Of a stretch of 64,000 bases of DNA, positions 20,187 through 29,630 are shown piece after piece. The position numbers and the translations under genes are program-made. Each line of letters starts with the position of its first letter. Positions within the stretch are counted from its first letter, which is position 1. This stretch comes from Burkholderiales bacterium (GTDB lineage Bacteria > Pseudomonadota > Gammaproteobacteria > Burkholderiales > Burkholderiaceae_C). The notes below the pieces were generated by a model. The model did not search any database and was not told the origin of the DNA. It saw only the letters and a list, made by a program, of their open reading frames with translations. The stretch covers positions 1,772 to 65,771 of the forward strand of contig CANCFV010000006.1 in assembly GCA_947377275.1 (NCBI GenBank), given 5' to 3'.

Positions 20187-20476
20187 TTTCGCCCAAACAC
20201 CAGCTTCATCCTCAGGATGGCCAAAGCCAGGCTGAGCGTGATGGCGTTGGCCACCGTGATGGGCCATGAGCCCATCGCCATGCCGTAGACCAGCCACAGC
20301 GCCACGCCACAGGTGAAGGCGCCGTACATGCCCAGCGAGATGCCGCTCACGTCGCGTGTCTTGAAGGTCAGCCAGGCTTGGGGCACGAAAGATCCGGTGG
20401 TCAACATGGCGGCCACCGAGCCAATGCCCTCGATCCATTGAGGGTCCAGGTGCAGGGCGTTCAACAAAGCGCTCAA
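20177..20476 (-). CDS. SemiSWEET/PQ-loop transporter
   Basis: LTTGSFVPQ, GISLGMY, LWLVYG; three TM helices. Confidence 0.88.
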   Translation of the reverse strand: MSALLNALHLDPQWIEGIGSVAAMLTTGSFVPQAWLTFKTRDVSGISLGMYGAFTCGVALWLVYGMAMGSWPITVANAITLSLALAILRMKLVFGRNQN

Positions 20477-20565
20477 GGCATTTCTCTCAGGTCAAGCCGC
20501 GAAGGGCGGGCACCCCATGGGTGCGGGCAGCGGCATTGTCGGCGGTTTTGCCGCGGGTTGGCCGA

Positions 20566-22107
20566 TCAGGGGGCGCTCTGGTCCTGCAAAGCCCAGTTGA
20601 CCAGGGCTTCCAGCACACCACGGGCGGCATCTGCTTTGGGGTGGTTCACGATGGCCACCACGATCTGACGCTGGCCTGAGTCCGCGTCCACATAACCCGC
20701 CAAAGCGGCCACGCCCTCGAGCGACCCGGTTTTCAGGTGCGCGCGTCCGGCGGCGCTGCGCCAGCGTCGCGTGGTGCCATCCTGACCGGCAATGGGCAGC
20801 GAGGCGATCACGTCGGGCATCACCGGGCTGCGCCACAGCGCCTGCAACCAACGCCCCAGGCACTGGGCGCTGCTGCGTTCGGTGCGAGACAGGCCCGATC
20901 CGTTGTCCAGCACCAGCGCCGCATCGTCGCAGGGGGATTTGCCTTGGGCGTCGCGCGTCAGCGTCCGCACCTGTTGGGACACCACTTGGCGCGCCTGGTC
21001 CAGGGTCGCGGGCGTTGTGCTGCCTTCGCTGCGGGCCAGCGTCAAGAACAGCTGACGCGCCATCACGTTGTTGCTGAACTTGTTGATGTCGCGCACCACC
21101 ACGCTCAAGGGCGGCGAGGTCCAGGTCTGCCATGCCGCTTGGCCTGCGGGCCAGGTGCCCGGCCGCACCGCGCCTTGCAATTGGCCGCCGACTTGGCGCC
21201 AGGTGCTCCTCAAGAGGCGCTGTGCGTGGTCGCCCGGGCCATCGCCTTGCCACAGCACAGGCCACTCGCGCTCGCCACACGACAAGGGGTAACTGCCCCG
21301 CAGGCGCACTTGCCAGGCCGAGCGTGTGGCAGAGCCCATGGTGCCCGCCGCGGGGGGCATGGCTTGCAGGCTCAGGTCCAAGGCAGAGCGCCAATCGCCG
21401 CATGGGGCGCTGGCTTGTGGCCGCAGCGACACGTCCAGGGAGACGCCATCGAGCTCGGGCTCCATGCTCACGCGAACCTGTCCGTTCTGGCTGGCGTCGG
21501 GTGCCAGCCGCAGGGTGAAGGCGTTGAGGTTGAGCAGCAGCGCGTCCGGCCCGGCGTTGTAGGGCTTGAGCGCCTGGCCGTCGAAGGCCTTCGGGTCGTG
21601 CGCAGGCACGGCAAAAGCGCTGCGGTCGAGCACGATGTCGCCCTGGATGTCGCGCAGGCCCCCGGCGCGCCAGCGGCTGGCCATCAGCTGCACGCGCTCG
21701 AGCGTCAGGCTGGGGTCACCCTCGCCGTGCAGGTACAGGGGGCCGACCAGAGTGCCGTCCGGTCGCAGGGTGCCGCCCAGCGTGGCTTCGGTTTTCCAGG
21801 TGAAGGCGGGGCTCAAGGCTTGCAGCGCTGCACCCGTGGTGAAGAGCTTCATCACCGACGCGACCTGGCGTACCTCGTCCGCACGGTGGGCCAGCCGTGG
21901 CGTGGCGCTGTCCACCGGCCACACCAGCAGCGAGATGGCCTGCGCGGTCACGCCGCTTTGCGCCAGCGCCGCCTGCACGCTCGCGGGCAGTGGCGCATCG
22001 GTGGTAGGCGTCGGCGTGGCGGCCATCGACGCCATCGGTGTGCTCAAGAGGGCGCTGGCCAAGCCCAGGGATACGGCGGTCCGGTGCGTTCCAAACGGGT
22101 GCTTCAT
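20566..22107 (-). CDS. dacB: D-Ala-D-Ala carboxypeptidase/endopeptidase PBP4
   Basis: SVMK, SNN, KTG motifs and DNGSGLSR. Confidence 0.92.
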   Translation of the reverse strand: MKHPFGTHRTAVSLGLASALLSTPMASMAATPTPTTDAPLPASVQAALAQSGVTAQAISLLVWPVDSATPRLAHRADEVRQVASVMKLFTTGAALQALSPAFTWKTEATLGGTLRPDGTLVGPLYLHGEGDPSLTLERVQLMASRWRAGGLRDIQGDIVLDRSAFAVPAHDPKAFDGQALKPYNAGPDALLLNLNAFTLRLAPDASQNGQVRVSMEPELDGVSLDVSLRPQASAPCGDWRSALDLSLQAMPPAAGTMGSATRSAWQVRLRGSYPLSCGEREWPVLWQGDGPGDHAQRLLRSTWRQVGGQLQGAVRPGTWPAGQAAWQTWTSPPLSVVVRDINKFSNNVMARQLFLTLARSEGSTTPATLDQARQVVSQQVRTLTRDAQGKSPCDDAALVLDNGSGLSRTERSSAQCLGRWLQALWRSPVMPDVIASLPIAGQDGTTRRWRSAAGRAHLKTGSLEGVAALAGYVDADSGQRQIVVAIVNHPKADAARGVLEALVNWALQDQSAP

Positions 22108-22177
22108 GGGCGCATCATAGAAGCGCCCCAGCCACCGTCTCATCACCGCTTGCAGCGCTCTGGCTACACTGGCGCCC

Positions 22178-22984
22178 ATGTCTTTGCCCGTGCCCCCCTC
22201 TGATCCCACCCTGTCACCTGTGCTGCTGGCGCTGGACACCGCCACCGACCGCATCCACGCGGCCTTGTCCGTGGGCGCTCGGGTGTACACCGTCGACCTG
22301 CCTGGTGGCGCACAAGCCTCAGCGGCCCTGCTGCCGGCCCTCACGGGCTTGCTGAGCCAGGCTGGCCTGGGCTGGTCCGCTGTGGATGCGATTGCCTTTG
22401 GCCGAGGCCCGGGCGCTTTCACGGGCCTGCGCACGGCGTGCTCGGTCACGCAAGGCCTGGCGCTGGGGCTGGATCGCCCCGTGCTGGCCATCGACACGCT
22501 CATGGCCGTGGCCGAAGACGCCCGTCTGGCGGACCCAACCGCGTGGCGCGAGGGTGATGTGCTCTGGGTGCTGCAAGACGCCCGCATGGACGAGCTGTAT
22601 GTGGCCGCTTACGCCTGGCAGTCGACGACGCCTGGGCAGCTGGCCGGATGGACGCAGGTGCAGGCACCCCAGGTCTGGCCTTTGACCGAGCCCGCTCGGC
22701 GCTGGGCGTCTGCCCCAGCAGCGTCGTCTGAGGCCCCCGCTCGCTTGGCGGGCAACGCCCTGCGCGCCTACCCCGATCGTTTCACCGAGGCCTTGGCCGC
22801 GGGGGCGCAGGTGGGCCTGACCGCCCAGGGTGACGCCGCACAACCCCGCGGTGAGGCCTTGGCCTCGCTCGCGCAACAGGCGTGGGCTGTTGGCCAGGCC
22901 ATGGACGCTGCCCTGGCTTTGCCGCTGTACGTGCGCGACAAGGTGGCCCAAACCACGGCCGAGCGCCAAGCGGCACGCGCCTGA
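22178..22984 (+). CDS. tsaB: t6A biosynthesis protein TsaB
   Basis: LLALDTAT, GRGPGAFTGLR, DARMDE, PLYVRDKVA. Confidence 0.93.
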   Translation: MSLPVPPSDPTLSPVLLALDTATDRIHAALSVGARVYTVDLPGGAQASAALLPALTGLLSQAGLGWSAVDAIAFGRGPGAFTGLRTACSVTQGLALGLDRPVLAIDTLMAVAEDARLADPTAWREGDVLWVLQDARMDELYVAAYAWQSTTPGQLAGWTQVQAPQVWPLTEPARRWASAPAASSEAPARLAGNALRAYPDRFTEALAAGAQVGLTAQGDAAQPRGEALASLAQQAWAVGQAMDAALALPLYVRDKVAQTTAERQAARA

Positions 22985-23039
22985 GTTCGGGCATGATCGC
23001 ACCGTGCCCGTTTTGACCCCCATCGTCCCCTTTGCCCCC

Positions 23040-23561
23040 ATGCCCACGCTGGAGACCCGCTGCGACGACCGCCTCATGACCGAGGCCGACATCCCTGCGG
23101 TGGTCGCCATGGAGCGGCTCGCGTGTCAGCTCCCCGTGCACGCCTGGACCGAAGACAACTACCGGTCCTCCATCCGCGCGGGTTACTGGATGCGCGTGCG
23201 GCAAGACCGCCACAGTGGCCGCATCGTGGGCGTGTGCGTCGCCATGGACGGCATTGACGAATTGCACCTGCTCAACATCGCCGTGGACGTCGACTTTCGC
23301 GGCCAGGGCCTGGCCCGCGACCTGCTGGCCTTGCTCTACGCCCGGTGCCGCGCCCGCCGCGCGCCGTGCCTGTGGCTTGAAGTGCGCCCGAGCAACGAGC
23401 GCGCCCGTGCGCTCTACCTGCGCGAGGGCTTTGCCGACATCGGCCGGCGCAAGGGCTACTACCCCGCGCCCGAGGGCCGTGAAGACGCCATCGTCATGCG
23501 CCGCCTGATCGACCCGATCGACATGTCCCCCACCAGTGAGGTGCCCCATGCGTTGGACTGA
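23040..23561 (+). CDS. rimI: ribosomal protein S18 alanine acetyltransferase
   Basis: HLLNIAV..RGQGLA, LEVRPSN, GRRKGYY, EDAIVM; an in-frame GTG at 23004 is an alternative start. Confidence 0.9.
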   Translation: MPTLETRCDDRLMTEADIPAVVAMERLACQLPVHAWTEDNYRSSIRAGYWMRVRQDRHSGRIVGVCVAMDGIDELHLLNIAVDVDFRGQGLARDLLALLYARCRARRAPCLWLEVRPSNERARALYLREGFADIGRRKGYYPAPEGREDAIVMRRLIDPIDMSPTSEVPHALD

Positions 23562-24435
23562 ACGCCAGCGCGCCATGCTGCGCGAGATCGGCATCCCGCC
23601 TTTCTGGCCTGAGGGCACCGTCTCCCCTGAGGTCACGTCTGTCGATGGGCCTGCAGAGGCTGCCCAAGCTGCTCAAGCCGCGCAATTGGCCTCAGAGGTG
23701 GTGCGGCGCGCTGCGGCCCAGCCCGCGCCACCTGTCGCCGAGCGCGCCGATGCGCCCGCTCCTGCCGCTCCCTCTGCCCGCACACCGGCATCCGCACGTG
23801 TCGCACCGGCCGTGGCGCCCAAAGCCGCGCCTGCGGTGGCCCTGGGCCCGCGCCCCGAAGGCATCGACACCATGGACTGGCCCGCCTTGCGCGCTGCGGT
23901 GTCCGCCTGCGAGGCCTGCGCGCTGTGTGGCAGCCGCAAGCAAACCGTGTTTGGCGTGGGCCATGAGCAGGCCGACTGGATGATCGTGGGCGAAGCCCCT
24001 GGCGAGCAGGAAGACCGCGAGGGCGAGCCCTTCGTGGGCCGCGCGGGCCAGTTGCTCGACCGCATGCTGCAGGCCGTGCACCTGACGCGCTCGCCCGAGT
24101 CGGCCGAGCGCCAGGTCTACATCGCCAACGTGCTCAAGTGCCGCCCGCCGGCCAACCGCAATCCGCAGCCGCAAGAGGTCGCCCAGTGCGAGCCCTACCT
24201 GCAGCGCCAGATCGCGCTGGTGCAGCCCAAGGTCATCGTGGCCATGGGGCGCTTCGCGGTGCAGTCGCTGCTCAAGTCCAGCGAGCCCATTGGCAAGCTG
24301 CGCGGTCGCATCCACGAAGTCGCGGGCGTGCCGGTGGTGGTCACCTACCACCCGGCTTACTTGCTGCGCAACCCGGTGGACAAGGCCTTGGCCTGGGACG
24401 ACCTCTGCCTGGCGCGTGAGCAGGTCAATCGCTGA
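23548..24435 (+). CDS. family 4 uracil-DNA glycosylase with an Ala/Pro-rich N-terminal extension
   Basis: CEACALC, GEAPG, PFVG, KCRPP, TYHPAYLLR. Confidence 0.9.
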   Translation: MRWTERQRAMLREIGIPPFWPEGTVSPEVTSVDGPAEAAQAAQAAQLASEVVRRAAAQPAPPVAERADAPAPAAPSARTPASARVAPAVAPKAAPAVALGPRPEGIDTMDWPALRAAVSACEACALCGSRKQTVFGVGHEQADWMIVGEAPGEQEDREGEPFVGRAGQLLDRMLQAVHLTRSPESAERQVYIANVLKCRPPANRNPQPQEVAQCEPYLQRQIALVQPKVIVAMGRFAVQSLLKSSEPIGKLRGRIHEVAGVPVVVTYHPAYLLRNPVDKALAWDDLCLAREQVNR

Positions 24436-24447
24436 CCGGGCCGCCGT

Positions 24448-25662
24448 TCAGTCGCCGATGTAACGCCGGCGCCTGAACCACCAGACCAAGCCCACGCCCA
24501 CCAGCAACATCAGGCCCATGGCCACCCAGAACCCCACGCGTTCGTGGATCAGGGGTAGGGTGTCGAAGTTCATGCCGAACACGCCGGTGATCAGGTTGAG
24601 CGGCAAGAACACGGCCGTTAGCACCGTCAGCGTCCGCATGATGTCGTTGGTGCGGCTGCCCTGCGCTGAAAAATGCATTTGCACGGCGCCTTCGGCCGAA
24701 CTCTCCAGCCGCCGCACATGGCCCAGCACGCGCTCGATGTGCTCTTGTACGTCGCGCGAGCGCACGCGCAGCACCTCGCGCTCGCGGGCCGCGAGCGGGT
24801 CGGTGGGCACGGGCCATTCGTCCAGCGCGTCCAGCCACTCCTGAACGGCGCTGCGCTGGTCTTCGCAGGTGTCTTCGAGTTGGTGCAAGGTGTTGCGCGA
24901 TTCGAGCAAGGCTTGCCAGTGTTTGAACTGGTTGCGGTTGCTGAGCAGTTCTTGCTGCAGGTAGCCGAACTGGCGCGTCAGCAAGCGGCGCAGGTCCAGG
25001 TAGCTGTCGACCATGTGGTTGACGATGCGCAGCATCAGGTCGGCCGGGCTGGGTGGCAGGCGCGACGTGGCGCCACGGCCTTCGTGGCGCCAGCCCGAGG
25101 TCACGTCGGCGCCCGAATCCACCAGGGTGTGCAGGTTCAGGCCCGTGTCTTGTTCGTCGATCTCGCAGTCCGCGCCTTCCAGTGGCGTGGCAGCCCCGCG
25201 CGGTGTGACCGCCGGCGTCATCTGGCTCAAGCGCGCCTCAAAGAAGTCCCGCACCGAACAGTCGGCCGGGTGCACGGTCAGCAAAACGCGGTCGAACACG
25301 GCAAAGCCCACCGGGCTGGTGTCGATGGCGGCCATGGCCTGGCGGGCGGTGCTGGCGGTGCCTCGGTCGTCGTCGAGGAACAAGCGCTCCGTGCCGTGCC
25401 CTGCGGCCAGGCGCCGAAACACCATCAGGTCGTACCAAGAGGTGTAGTCGTACTGCGAGGGCAGTTGAGGGTTGAGCAGGTCGGCGATGTGCAGGTCCAT
25501 CAGGCTGCCGCCGGCCAGCTGCTGCAGATGCCGCTGTACCTGGCCCAGTTGCACTTCGAACACGCGCCGGCTGGTGGTCACCCACAAAAAGCCATGGGCG
25601 GGCAGGGCGCTGGGCCATTCGGACAGCTCGGTGAAGCTGTCGTTGATCAGGAAAAAACGCAC
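24448..25662 (-). CDS. corA: CorA family Mg2+ transporter
   Basis: C-terminal FLPLNLITGVFGMNF (GMN motif) plus two TM helices; GTG start. Confidence 0.88.
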   Translation of the reverse strand: MRFFLINDSFTELSEWPSALPAHGFLWVTTSRRVFEVQLGQVQRHLQQLAGGSLMDLHIADLLNPQLPSQYDYTSWYDLMVFRRLAAGHGTERLFLDDDRGTASTARQAMAAIDTSPVGFAVFDRVLLTVHPADCSVRDFFEARLSQMTPAVTPRGAATPLEGADCEIDEQDTGLNLHTLVDSGADVTSGWRHEGRGATSRLPPSPADLMLRIVNHMVDSYLDLRRLLTRQFGYLQQELLSNRNQFKHWQALLESRNTLHQLEDTCEDQRSAVQEWLDALDEWPVPTDPLAAREREVLRVRSRDVQEHIERVLGHVRRLESSAEGAVQMHFSAQGSRTNDIMRTLTVLTAVFLPLNLITGVFGMNFDTLPLIHERVGFWVAMGLMLLVGVGLVWWFRRRRYIGD

Positions 25663-25693
25663 GCAAGCTCCCGTGGAGGTGCCAGATTGTGGC

Positions 25694-26707
<1,014 letters not shown>

Positions 26708-26802
26708 TTAAAAATGTGTGAAGGATTGCAAAGCCATCAAAAAACATCGCTTTCCACTTTGTTTTTCGGACATGTGGCCAAGACATGAGGACGCAAGCCA
26801 TC

Positions 26803-26808
26803 TATAAT
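26803..26808 (+). promoter_or_regulatory. sigma-70 -10 box of the putative sRNA
   Basis: Perfect TATAAT about 7 nt before the first hairpin, inside an AT-rich intergenic region. Confidence 0.6.
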
Positions 26809-26813
26809 CTGCC

Positions 26814-26927
26814 TTGAATGATACGCCGCAAGGCCTTCATTCCCTGCTTTTCCTCCCTGAGCAGGTGCCTTACGTGATGACAGCGTCAAGGCTTCACAGC
26901 CCCGGCATTTGCCGGGGCTCTTTTTTT
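26814..26927 (+). ncRNA. putative trans-acting small RNA with an anti-SD loop
   Basis: Promoter, three hairpins (GCAA tetraloop; CCTGCT/AGCAGG enclosing TTTCCTCCCTG; GCCTT/AAGGC) and an intrinsic terminator; no ORF. Confidence 0.7.
26898..26927 (+). terminator. intrinsic terminator
   Basis: AGCCCCGGC-ATTT-GCCGGGGCT followed by CTTTTTTT. Confidence 0.9.
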
Positions 26928-26983
26928 GTGCGCCGCCGCAATGCCCGTGCAGTCAAAGCCCCGGGGCTGTTCATAATCCCACT

Positions 26984-27430
26984 ATGAGCAACGCCTACCT
27001 CTGGGTCAAAGCCCTTCACATCATCTTCGTGGCCAGCTGGTTTGCGGGTTTGTTCTACCTGCCGCGCCTGTTCGTCAACCTGGCCATGGTGCCCAGCGAC
27101 AGCCACGCCGAGCGCGAGCGCTTGCTGCTGATGGCGCGCAAGTTGTACCGATTCACCAACCTGCTCATGATTCCGGCACTGGTGCTGGGCTTGCTGCTGT
27201 GGCTGTACTTCGGCATGGGCAAGGGGCCGGGGCAAATCTGGCTGCACATCAAGCTGACCTTGGTGCTGGGTGTCATCGGCTACCACCACGTGTGCCGCAA
27301 GATCCTGCGCGAATTCGAAGGCCTGCAAAACCGCCGCAGCCACCGCTGGTTCCGCGTGTTCAATGAGGTGGCGGTGGTGCTGTTTGCCGCCATCGTGATC
27401 TTGGTGGTCCTCAAGCCCACCGTGGGTTGA
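26984..27430 (+). CDS. hemJ: protoporphyrinogen oxidase HemJ (CopD-like family)
   Basis: WVKALHIIFVASWFAGLFYLPRLFV, WLHIKL, FRVFNE. Confidence 0.88.
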   Translation: MSNAYLWVKALHIIFVASWFAGLFYLPRLFVNLAMVPSDSHAERERLLLMARKLYRFTNLLMIPALVLGLLLWLYFGMGKGPGQIWLHIKLTLVLGVIGYHHVCRKILREFEGLQNRRSHRWFRVFNEVAVVLFAAIVILVVLKPTVG

Positions 27431-28599
27431 CGCGGCAGGTCATGTACCCGCACCGCAGCGCCGCTTGGCCGCTCACGTGGGTGGCTGTGGCCCTGATCGT
27501 GTACGCCACCCTCTACCCCTTGAGCGGCTGGCACTGGCCTGAGCGCCAGGTGTTCACTTGGGTGCTGCCCAAGTTGGGCCGTGAGGTGCCCAGCGATCTC
27601 GTGGCCAACATCCTGGGCTACCTGCCTTTGGGACTCATCTTGTGTGTGGCGCACCTGCGCAGCCGGCGCCTACCCATGTCGGCCGCCGTCCTGACGGTGC
27701 TGACCGCATCGGCCTTGTCCTACACCCTGGAGTTGATCCAGTTCACGGTGCCGACGCGGGTGCCGTCCATCACCGACTGGCTGCTCAACACCCTGGGGAC
27801 GGCCTGGGGGGCGCTGGGCGCTGTCACCGTGCACGCATTGGGCCTGGTCGACGCTTGGCACCGCCTGCGCGAGCGCTGGTTCATTCCCCAGGCAGGACAC
27901 GGCCTGGCCTTGCTCTGGATGTGGCCCCTGGGCCTGCTGTTCCCGCCGCCTTTGCCTTTGGGCGAAGGCCAGTTGCTGCCCCATGTGCGCATTGCCTTGG
28001 TCGAGTGGACGCAGGGCACCCCCTTGCAGCCCTGGTTGTTGCCAGAAGACCCGCTCATGCTTTGGGCCGCGGTGCGCTCTGCGGTGGTGTCGTCTGACTG
28101 GTTGCCCGAACTCGAAGCACTTACCGTGGCTGCGGGGGTGTTGGCGCCGCTGTGCGTGGCCTGCGCACTGGCTCGTCCGCGGAGCTTGCGCCTGGCCTTG
28201 TTGTCGCTGCTGGTGTTGACGGGCATCATGGTGACCGCGGCTTCCAGCGCGCTGAACTTTGGCCCCTTGCATGCCTTTGCCTGGTTGACCTTGCCTTCCA
28301 GCGTCGGACTCTTGTTGGGTGCCTTGGGCGGCTCCTTGCTGGTCAACCGCACCCGCACCACCTGCGCGGCTTTGGGCGTGCTGGTGCTGCTGGGTCTCAT
28401 CGGCCTGATCCACCTGGCTCCGCCCGACCCGTATTACGCCCAGACCCTGCAAACCTGGGAGCACGGCCGTTTCATCCGCCTGCACGGTTTGTCGCGCTGG
28501 TTCGGCATCTTGTGGCCTTATGTCGCCCTGCTGTGGCTGCTGGCGCGCCTGATGGGGCGCGATGCCCACCACCACCCTGAGGTCGGGCCCAGCACCTAA
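27427..28599 (+). CDS. VanZ family membrane protein
   Basis: DLVANILGYLPLG, ELIQFTVPTRVPSITDWLLNTLG; multiple TM helices. Confidence 0.8.
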   Translation: MTRQVMYPHRSAAWPLTWVAVALIVYATLYPLSGWHWPERQVFTWVLPKLGREVPSDLVANILGYLPLGLILCVAHLRSRRLPMSAAVLTVLTASALSYTLELIQFTVPTRVPSITDWLLNTLGTAWGALGAVTVHALGLVDAWHRLRERWFIPQAGHGLALLWMWPLGLLFPPPLPLGEGQLLPHVRIALVEWTQGTPLQPWLLPEDPLMLWAAVRSAVVSSDWLPELEALTVAAGVLAPLCVACALARPRSLRLALLSLLVLTGIMVTAASSALNFGPLHAFAWLTLPSSVGLLLGALGGSLLVNRTRTTCAALGVLVLLGLIGLIHLAPPDPYYAQTLQTWEHGRFIRLHGLSRWFGILWPYVALLWLLARLMGRDAHHHPEVGPST

Positions 28600-28609
28600 A
28601 ATGCGGGCC

Positions 28610-28936
28610 ATGAGCTATTACCAGCGCCACATCTTTTTCTGCCTGAACCAGCGCATCAACGGTGAGTCGTCTTGCGGCGATCACGGTGCCAAAGAAGGCT
28701 TCGACCACTGCAAGGCCCGCATCAAAGCCGAGGGCCTCAGCGGTCCGGGGCAGGTGCGTGTCAACAAGGCCGGTTGCTTGGACCGCTGCGCCGGTGGCCC
28801 GGTGGCCGTGGTCTACCCCGAGGGCACGTGGTACACCTTTGTGGACAAGGCCGACATCGACGAGATCGTGGACAGCCACTTGCTCAAGGGCGAGGTCGTG
28901 ACCCGCCTTGTCTTGCCTGACGACGTCGGCCGCTGA
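28610..28936 (+). CDS. thioredoxin-like [2Fe-2S] ferredoxin
   Basis: HIFFCLNQR..C, RVNKAGCLDRC..GP..VVYPEGTWY. Confidence 0.92.
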   Translation: MSYYQRHIFFCLNQRINGESSCGDHGAKEGFDHCKARIKAEGLSGPGQVRVNKAGCLDRCAGGPVAVVYPEGTWYTFVDKADIDEIVDSHLLKGEVVTRLVLPDDVGR

Positions 28937-28943
28937 CCCTGAG

Positions 28944-29630
28944 ATGGCTTCTGCAATGATCGGCCGTCCCGCCTCTTACACCATCGACGGCCCTGCCGGT
29001 TTGCTCGAGGTGGTGCTCGAAGACCCCGCCCAGCCGCCGCGCGGCTTGGCCGTGATCGCCCACCCGCATCCCTTGATGGGCGGCACCATGGACAACAAAG
29101 TGGTGCACACCCTGGTGCGTGCCTTTGTGCTGGCCGGCTGGCGAGCTGTGCGTTTCAACTTCCGCGGCGTGGGCCGTTCCGAGGCGGTTTGGGACGAAGG
29201 TCGTGGTGAAACGCAAGACATGCTGGCCGTGGCGGCCCACCACCTGGCCGATCCGGCCTTGCGTGGCTTGCCGCTGGCCCTGGCTGGCTTTTCGTTTGGT
29301 GGCTTTGTGGCCGCCAACGCCCATGCTGAGTTGATGGCGCAGGCCGCTCAGAACGCTGCCGTGCAGGCCCCATCCGAGCTGGTGCTGGTCAGCCCGGCCA
29401 CCCGCTTTGGCGTGCCTGCGGTGCCCTTGCACACCCTGGTGGTCGAGGGCGAGCAAGACGATGTCGTGCCGCTGAGCGACATCCTCGAGTGGGCCCGACC
29501 CCAGTCACTGCCGATCACGGTGGTGCCGGGCACGGGCCACTTCTTCCACGGCCAACTGGCCACCCTGCGCTCGGTGGTGTTGCGCCACTTGCGCGCCCAG
29601 CCCGGCGCATCCGGGGCCGGTCGCGAATGA
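28944..29630 (+). CDS. alpha/beta hydrolase
   Basis: HPHPLMGGTMDNKVV, RFNFRGVG, GFSFG nucleophile, DDVV, GHFFHG. Confidence 0.88.
   Translation: MASAMIGRPASYTIDGPAGLLEVVLEDPAQPPRGLAVIAHPHPLMGGTMDNKVVHTLVRAFVLAGWRAVRFNFRGVGRSEAVWDEGRGETQDMLAVAAHHLADPALRGLPLALAGFSFGGFVAANAHAELMAQAAQNAAVQAPSELVLVSPATRFGVPAVPLHTLVVEGEQDDVVPLSDILEWARPQSLPITVVPGTGHFFHGQLATLRSVVLRHLRAQPGASGAGRE

Noticed and set aside
26814-26927. 6S RNA, tRNA or a known riboswitch
   Set aside because: Too short and not a single long rod for 6S; no T-loop/CCA cloverleaf; no riboswitch consensus I can recognise
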